NCBI RefSeq assembly: GCF_001194135.2
Contig: NC_068981.1
Span: 98,306,291-98,364,394 of the forward strand
Length of the DNA stretch: 58,104 nucleotides
Reading direction: 5' to 3'
From: Octopus bimaculoides
Taxonomy: Eukaryota
The notes below the pieces were generated by a model. That model searched no databases, was not told where the DNA came from, and saw only the letters and a list, made by a program, of their open reading frames with translations. Position 1 is the stretch's first letter, and the number at the start of each line of letters is the position of its first letter. A program made the translations under genes and the position numbers. Below are positions 49,936 to 58,104 of the stretch, one piece after another.

Positions 49936-51961
49936 TATATGGATAGCCTAGGGTATTAGGATTGGATATCTCATTGTTCCTAACCGATGTCAGAAAGATG
50001 CAATACTAATGACTATGAAACGAGGTATGGATCATGGAATAATTTATCAATATCAGAAATTCATCTTTTGGCTCCAAATAACATCTTTGGTGACAAGAAG
50101 TAACTTTTATCCATGCAATATTCCTTTGTAGAACCTTGTTTTTAGTAAAATACTTTGTCAAAGACATCCTGAGTGTGAGCAGATACTTGCCAGTTTTGAT
50201 CTCCAGGTACTCAGCCTCAGTACTGTTGGAATTGTATGGTAAACATAGCAACATAGTTGACTCATTTGTGTCAAGATTTTATTTGTTAAAGAAAACATTC
50301 ATTTTATCGTAGATTTGTTTTTTGTTGCTTTTATTTGTTTTTTTTGTTTTTTTTTATTGTGGAGAACACTTCAACTAATTCATCTCTCAATTCAGATGAT
50401 GACAAATAGACAAACTAGGCATGTGATGAACATGTTGTCATGAAAGGCAGTGTTTTTAGAATGTGCTTTTGCAGCAAGGAAGTTTATTATTTCTGATTTC
50501 AGTTCAAAAACTTTATCTAAAACTTCCCTTGAGACAACCATTTCACCTCAATGTGCAAAAACAAATTTACTTTTTCAGTGCTAACTTCATTCATGCACAA
50601 CTCTAAATAAATGAGTGTTAAACAGGTTACTTAGATAGAATATTCTCTTCTCTTGCCAAACATAGCCCAAGATTCTGTTGAACTAAGAGCAAGAAAATAT
50701 TCTTGCATGAACCTAGAATAACAGATCTTTGTTAGATATGGCTCTATAGAAACTGTACTGGGGTAATCACTGAAAAAAAGAAACTAAAGTGAATGACATA
50801 GTGAGTTGTTTACTATTATTGTATCCATTTCATTTCATGAATTCATGTTATTGCTCCTGTTTTCAAAAAAATCTTGTATCCAACTGACTTTTATAATATT
50901 TAGTAAAACTATTATCTTGATTTCAGATAAATTTTAATTAATTATTTTCACTGATAGTCTTTTTTCTTTTTATATTACATTTTTGAAGGTGTAAAGAGCT
51001 AACTAGCTAACTATGGTTTTTGACTATTTATTACAGACTGTAGTTGTCTGTGAGCACATTTTACAAATACTTTTTTTGAAGACATTTTCATTTTTTTATG
51101 TGAAAGAAAAACAACAACAAAAAAATCTAGCTGTTTTCATTATTGAAAACATGTATTTATACCAAAAGTAGACTACCTTCCTACTTTTCCTCTCTTCCCT
51201 GACTATCTCTTCTTTTGCTTGCTTTTTTTAATCTTCATAGCTGATTTCATCCTCTGTTTCTACTTCTCTCAGTCTTGTGCTTAAATTTAAAAAAGATTTT
51301 TTACCAGTTTCCAGGAAATCTCATTTTCTGTAATATTTGCATTGTTCTACAGCATTTAGGTTTATCTTCTGAATGATGCCCTTTGGAATTGCTGCTGCTG
51401 TTGTTGTTGTTGTTGTTTGTTCTGCCTCAGGTCAACCATAACTGTGTGATCCTATGATCAAAGATATTGAAACCTTGGTCATACAGTCTTTGTTTCAGGT
51501 ATCCTGTATCCAGGAGTACCTTCTAGATACAGCATATCATTCTTCACATGAGAGATATTTTGTTACTGCAATTTCTAACATATTGAATGACCACCTAGCA
51601 GTACCTTGTTTGGTTCAGCACCAAAATTCTGATTCATGTAATTCTTTCAGTTAATAACCTTAATCCTTTAGCATTCAGATTCTTCCGTCAAATATAATGC
51701 TCTTCTGTTCGCATTGTTTTGAAATCATTATGAATTATCTCATAGCTTAGAGATCTCAATGGTGCGATTGCTCATTTTTAGAATGACATTGTAGGGTAAG
51801 TGTGAGAAACTGGATTCAACTAGTTTGAACATATAACAAGCAGAATATTTAGGCCAGATACAACCTTTTTAAATGTTTAAAGGTCTGACAACTTTTTTTT
51901 GTTTATTCTGTTTCGATTCCAATAAGTTTCTTTGTTGCCTTCTTCTGTATCTTTTATTTCC

Positions 51962-52014
<53 letters not shown>

Positions 52015-52217
52015 GTTTGGCTTTTGCTTGGTATTTGTACGAGTTGACTCCAAGTCTCACCCAGAGACTTCAAGAGACAACAAGTTAGAAGTTCAAGTTA
52101 GTGTTATGACTAGGGTGCCATATATTTGGTTTTGTACAGAGTATTGTTCTTGTTATGAAGTGGTCTTTACCACTTTTGTACCTGTCTTTTGATGATGGTT
52201 GTTGCTCTGTCAGATAT

Positions 52218-52493
52218 TGTTATATTCCAAAGTCATCGATAGAATGGTTCTATGTGGCACTGTATGACCCCCCAGTCATACAGTGTTATTATCCTCAAAA
52301 GGTTGAATCGTTATAACATCTACTCAGTATCACAGTATAATTATTATATCAGCACAGACACAACTATCAACACAGTCTATGCGTACTCTCGACCTTTCTG
52401 ACCTTCTGTTTATCGACCAGCTACTGGGCTATTTATAATAACTGGCTACTACCACTTTTTACCAGGCAGGGTATAGAGTTTCACTATACAACA
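52218..52493 (-). mobile_element. Gypsy 3' LTR (276 bp)
   Basis: TGTTATA...TACAACA termini; adjacent polypurine tract AAAAGGGGAGA on the minus strand. Confidence 0.85.
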
Positions 52494-53310
52494 TCTCCCC
52501 TTTTATTTTTTTTATTAACAATCAATTTCTTTTATTCACCCTACCTCCTCCTTTTTTTATATATATATATATTCAATATCTTTTCTTTTTAGGGTCTACT
52601 TTAAAGAATTCAGTGTTCTTCCTTTTCCTTGTACGTTTCTTTTCTATTTCTTGTAATGGTGTTGGAACCTGAAAAGTGTCATATAGCCAATCCATCGGTA
52701 TTTCTACTCTTTTTGATTCCTTTTCTATGACTCTTTCCTTAAGTGGATTTCTATGTCTCCTTCCATTCCATTTCTGCTTTTTACACCATACATCATTCTT
52801 CCTATGTATGTTTACAATTTCTCCTTCTTCCCAGTATTGCTTGCCCTTTTTGTACATTCTTACTTATAACTTATCACTGATTTTACTGGTAACAGTTTAT
52901 CGATTACTGACTTCACCTTTCTGGCAAACATTAATTCTGCTGGTGTACTTCCTTCTGGCACATTTGCGTTCAGAGTTACTTTGTATACCCTCAAGAATTG
53001 TTGGATCATGGCCTTGTCTGTGGCTTCCTTATTAGCTTTCTTTAAAGCTCGCAGAAGTGTCCATGAACTGTATGGTCCTTCCATTTGATTTAGGGTGATA
53101 CGGTGCTATAATTTTATGTTCTAACATGAACATCTTGCAGAATCTTTTAAACTCACAAGATACAAACTGTGTTCCGTTATCAGAGAAAATTGTATCTGGT
53201 ACACCAAATCTTGCAAACAGCTTGTACAAGAAGTTTATTACTGTATATGGGGTTGGTCATTTATCCCTCACTGCCTCAGGCCATTTTGTGTAGCTGTCCA
53301 CTACTATTTA
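52494..53310 (-). mobile_element. Gypsy integrase remnant and 3' region
   Basis: VDSYTKWPEA, LFARFGVPDTIFSDNGTQF, PYHPKSNG, STPAELMF. Confidence 0.9.
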
Positions 53311-54375
53311 GTAACTAGAAAACTACTTGGAGAGCGCAGACTTCCGCCAAACCAGCAGGAGCAGCACTATGATGACAACGACCACCACTACCACCATATC
53401 ACAATCACCACCACAACTATCCTACCACTATCATCAGATGAGGCTTGCATTTGGTGTATCTAGCTCTAGGAATTGCTATGTCAATGATTTTTAGCAAATG
53501 TTTTAAAATTCCTATGTGGTACGTTCTTCATACCTTAACTACTTTTACTTGCTTCAAGGAAGATTGCTGTTTAATTTTTATGAAACAGAACAATCGGTTT
53601 CTTTCTTAACCTCATAGCACACACCTGCCAATAGTAGAGTTCACTATCAGATGTGTGATGCATAGACAAATGTCCTACACAATGAAGAGAGATCAGCTTA
53701 TCTCCAGCAAGACGTGTGTGATCCAGTCAAACCATTTGCTGGACAATTAACCTCTAGCACTTCTTCTAAAAATTGTCATGCTCTAGTTTTTCTTTAATAA
53801 GAACTTTGACCAGAACTAGAAAGTAAAAGGGTGGTGCAATAGGTGACACTATGCATACCAAGTTCCCATTATATCTGATGGTCCTGGTTGTGTATGTGTG
53901 TGGGGAAGGTGGATAATGAGTGACAGGAGCCATGTTATGTCACCACTTTTTCTTATAGGGCCTCACGGTCAATGCTAAGGCTTTTATCAAGATCTGGTCT
54001 CAACTTGGATTGAGATACTGCCCTAGATGGGACCTTGCAGGTATGTTCCAGTGAAACTCTGCTCTTTTCTACATGGTCCTCACTATCTAAGAGCAACTAA
54101 CCAAAAAAATGTTTATGAACATGTGACTCTTTCACCAACACGTAGCCTCTTAGCTCTCTTGATATGAACCCCTTGGACTGTTGTATCTGGGGCATCATTT
54201 GAGGGAGGTTGGATGAAACTGACCTGTAACCTCATAGTGCCAAAGACTTACTGAGGTTTGCTGCCAAGAGCATGGTAGGTTGCATAACTGGAGTCCACCT
54301 GATCCTGGCAAGAAGTCACCACCGTGGTCGCATTGGGGCAAAGATAGTTGAATCACACACATGCAAGCACACACA

Positions 54376-54431
<56 letters not shown>

Positions 54432-54630
54432 TAAATACCTTACAAGTGTTTCAATTCATCAGTTTTTCTTCAAGGATTATAATCCTTTTCATACTTTTGA
54501 AAAATACTGATGTACTGATATACAGAGTTGGGTTTAGTTGCTGTTTGCAATATAAATATATTTTTAACCTTATATTTAAGATAAATTATTTATATATTTC
54601 ATAAGCAGCTTCTACTCTGTGTGCTTACAG

Positions 54631-54761
54631 AGGCTGGAATTGAGTGCCAACAAGATCAGTGATTTAACAAGTTTATGTGATCAACCTCCACCATTGATTC
54701 ATCTTGGACTCAGCTATAACACCATCAGTTACATTGATAAACACTTCACAAGAAATTATTG
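54631..54761 (+). CDS. LRRC43: LRRC43-like, coding exon 5 (RLELSANKISDLTSLCDQPPPLIHLGLSYNTISYIDKHFTRNYW); gene continues beyond window
   Basis: cttacag acceptor, TG|gtatgt donor (phase 2). Two LxLxxN LRR units matching recalled LELYGNEISSMECLC.HPP..LQHLGLGHN. Confidence 0.92.
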
Positions 54762-54793
<32 letters not shown>

Positions 54794-57481
54794 CCCCTCA
54801 AAAGGATAGACCAAACTCACCCAAACTTCAACAGACCACAACTAAATAGAAATTATGATGGCACATGCTGTTGGTTCATGCATAAAAATGACACTGAAGG
54901 GTAACATTTAAATTTTATGATAAACTGAACACTCAGAAGATGGGTGTGACTATGACAGTTAATGTTCCTGAAAATATAGCTTACCTTTTCATGGCGTGGT
55001 GGGATAAGTGACACAGATGTTACCTAATGAAGAATTTTCTACCTGTAATAAAATGATGAAAAATAAAAATGATGAAAAAGAAAACAAACATGTCATGTTA
55101 GTAGTGACTGCTTTTCCAAAGAAATGATGTGATGGTTAGCAGGGGGTGGGGAGCATTTAAAAACATGGATTTTTTGATAAAACAAAAGGGTTCCCCTAAT
55201 TGTTTTGAAACTTGGGATACAAAAACATCTGGAAAAAACCTAGCAAAAACAGAGAAAATCCAACTTATGTGGGACAGCTATTCTGAAAGTTTGCCCTTTT
55301 TTTGATATGTTGATGATAAAAACTTTAGGATAAAAATAACCAAACCAGATAATGCCTTGAATTTAGGAAAATTTATCATGGAAAGTATCCTGCACATAGC
55401 AAATTCTCTCTGTTAATGCATCAAGGTGGCCATTAAGTACCTGTTCTAGATACTGAACTATTACTAGAAACTATAGACAACTAGGAACAACCTCTCCATT
55501 CACATGATATGGAATCTAAGACCGCAAAGCACTTAGTCTTCTGGAGCTTTGCTGTTTTTTCAAAAAATTAACATCTTTATAGCAGATCTAATAAGGGTGT
55601 TGAAAATTGCATTTTGTCTGTGTCTATTCTATGAACTGAGCACATGCAGAACTGCTTCTACCACAGCAAATGGGAGCAAATAAAGAGTGTAAAGAGGGAA
55701 ATAAATCAAAACCATCAGCAGCAATGACAACAGAGCAAATGGGGGAATATGTAAGAAAAGAAAAAAAAGTAAATTAAAAAAACAGCAACAACAACAAAAA
55801 GCAGATTTGTTGTGTTTTTTTTCTCTTTCTTAACCCTTTAGCATTTAAACTGGCCATATTTCAAAACTACCCTACAATGTCATTCTCAAAAATAAGTAAT
55901 CACATCATCAAAATCTTGAAGCTGCAAAACAATGTAAATCAATAAGCATTACATTTGATAGAGTAATTTGAATGCTATGGCCATGCTGGGGCACTACTTT
56001 GAACAGTTTAGTTGAACAAATCAATCCCAGTACATATTTTAAAATCTGGTACTTCTGCTACATATTCCATTGGTATCTGTTGCTGAGCTGCTGAATTATG
56101 AGGAGTATTAACAAACCAACACTGGCTGTCAAGCAGTGGTCAAGGACAAACATGAAGACATAAACGACAGGCTTCCATGCAGTTTCCATCTATCAAATTC
56201 ACTCACAAGGCATTATTTGGCCTGGGGTTATAGTAGAAGACAGTTGCCTAAAGTACCATGCAGTGGGACTGAACCTGAAACCAAGTGATTGCAAAGCAAG
56301 CTTCTTGGTTCCATAGCCATGCATGCACCTAATTATAAGGTGTGATGTTCATACAATACTCACTCAGAAGTGAGCCACCCAAGAAATTTAGGAAAGCAGT
56401 GCACAAAATTTCATATAACATCAATGGGATAAAAGGAAAAACAAGCAGAGATAAACAGCAAACTTGGGAAAATAATGTAGTAATGGAAGAGCAGTGAAAG
56501 GACACCACCACAACATATAGAAAAGAAATAGCTTACAGTATAAATAAAAAGATCAAAGAACCCTGTGAATATGATGTAAAGTCGTAGTCCCCAACTTTTT
56601 GGCAACTGGTTTCATGCATAATAATTTTCCCACAAACTAAACACCATGTACATAATAAAATACAATAAAGTGCATCTTTACTATAAGGGAGAAAGCTGCT
56701 TATTAATTAGTTATGTAACAATTGCCAAAAGCACTAAAAGAAAGCAATTATTAAAGGGTTGACCGTCTGGAAATATTTTTATAAATTCTTGTTCTAAGAA
56801 ATTTCCTATAATTTTAATTACTCAAGTTTCTTGGATTTTTTAAACTCCAATTTCTCATGAATTTAAATATTCATTGCATTCACTGTGTCTAATTCACAAA
56901 TTTAAATATTCATTGCATTCACCGTGGAGTATTCCATTCTCATTTGCAAAGACTTTCACTTCCTCTTTTAAGTTTTCATTTGCTATTTGGAAAACCGATG
57001 GTTTATTCTATGAATGTATACGTAATTTATCATTTATTATTCTATTAATGTGTATGTAATTTATTATTTATTAAATGAAAATTTTTAATATACCTGTATA
57101 ATTTTTGAACACTGGATAGCTGTGAAAAGAGCCTAGAAAGTTGGGTAATTACTATTAGAAGATGAGAAGAAAACAAAAAGTTACCAACAAGTACTCAAAA
57201 CTTGCATCCTACTCAGTTTCCAAACACTCTGTACCACTAAGCCAATATATACACAAACAAGTTGCACGAGCGGCTTCAACAGTGACACACTCACACACAC
57301 ACATAGATACACATACACACAAATGAAAGGCAATGAATGTGTGTGTGTGTGTGTGTGTTTGCTGTTCACTGGCAAAACTTTTTTGCACTACTTTTGCGAC
57401 GTTTTGTCAGTGAGCAGGTTGCGGTTTCAAAGTGAAGAAAATATTTTGACACAAATGAAGTTTTAATGTTGAAGTGAAACT

Positions 57482-57712
57482 GGTACTACTTAAATACAGA
57501 GGTTCCTTAATGGTGCTACTTAAATACAGAGGTACTACTTAAATACAGGTTATGTACAAAACATTTTAAATGTACACTGTGTGGATGTGTAATGACACCC
57601 TAACCCTAACTCTAACTAACCCTAAAACTAGCCCTAACCTTAACCCTAAAACTAACCCTCCCTTTCATATCATTACATAGATGCATCAGGACCTCTGTAT
57701 TTAAGTAGTGCT
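57482..57712. mobile_element. MITE with 22-bp TIRs, 8-bp target duplication and internal telomere-like repeats
   Basis: GTGAAACT|GGTACTACTTAAATACAGAGGT ... ACCTCTGTATTTAAGTAGTGCT|GTGAAACT; degenerate (CCCTAA)n at about 57598-57659. Confidence 0.85.
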
Positions 57713-58104
57713 GTGAAACTAATGGTTTCTGTGTGTTCTTGAATGGCTTATGAACATCTATGCTACAATTGTTTTTGTTTCAGCACACAATCTCAGATCA
57801 AGTCACTTGCTATGCAAGTACATCTCCATAATTTTTTTAAATCACTGTGGATAAATGCCAGCAATGACCTTCTCAGGCTCTCCAATATTTTAATTTCTAA
57901 ACAGAAACAATCAGGGGCTGGGAGTGGGGTTGCAAAAAATTCATAATTTCTCAAATTTTCTTTTTTATAGTATATAAATGTATTTATGGGTGAAAAATAT
58001 TGAAAAGCACCAATACATGCAAGAGTGATAAAGAAACGAGGAGGGTTGCCTTTGGATATGCTAGAAACAACAGCCAAATCACCCTTAAATCACTCACTTT
58101 TTCC

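Noticed and set aside
54195-54422. GC-balanced minus-strand stretch with a gtaagt donor-like site
   Set aside because: No recognisable peptide in any frame and no clear acceptor; left unannotated.
57598-57659. CCCTAA repeats as a true chromosome end
   Set aside because: Short, degenerate, internal, and enclosed by TIRs and a TSD within an intron.
57743-57946. ORF after a tttcag acceptor as possible LRRC43 exon 6
   Set aside because: It would not complete the split Trp codon and lacks the expected LxxLDLxxN repeat; the next exon is probably outside the window.

Overview
AT-rich, microsatellite- and repeat-dense eukaryotic DNA with six N gaps. The SINE/LINE repertoire looks like an octopus (cephalopod) genome; this is inferred from recalled repeat families, not from a search. 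One host gene is well supported: the 5' part of an LRRC43 ortholog (ciliary leucine-rich repeat protein) on the + strand. It has five coding exons (35368-35463, 36382-36463, 40043-40236, 42667-42777, 54631-54761) with consistent splice phases, and it continues beyond the window. X-box-like motifs and a probable leader exon lie upstream. A CpG-retaining zone at about 25-35.7 kb contains promoter-like motifs and orphan minus-strand splice signals, suggesting an unidentified divergent transcript. The rest is mostly decayed mobile DNA: RTE-type LINEs, a CRE-type and a HERO-like non-LTR element, Gypsy remnants, a DD36E Tc1, mariner derivatives, Helitrons, two SINE families, and a MITE carrying telomere-like repeats. 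Several long hairpins or palindromes are present. I found no CRISPR array, rRNA or tRNA gene, and no clearly new multi-gene system. Repeat boundaries are approximate unless termini are quoted.
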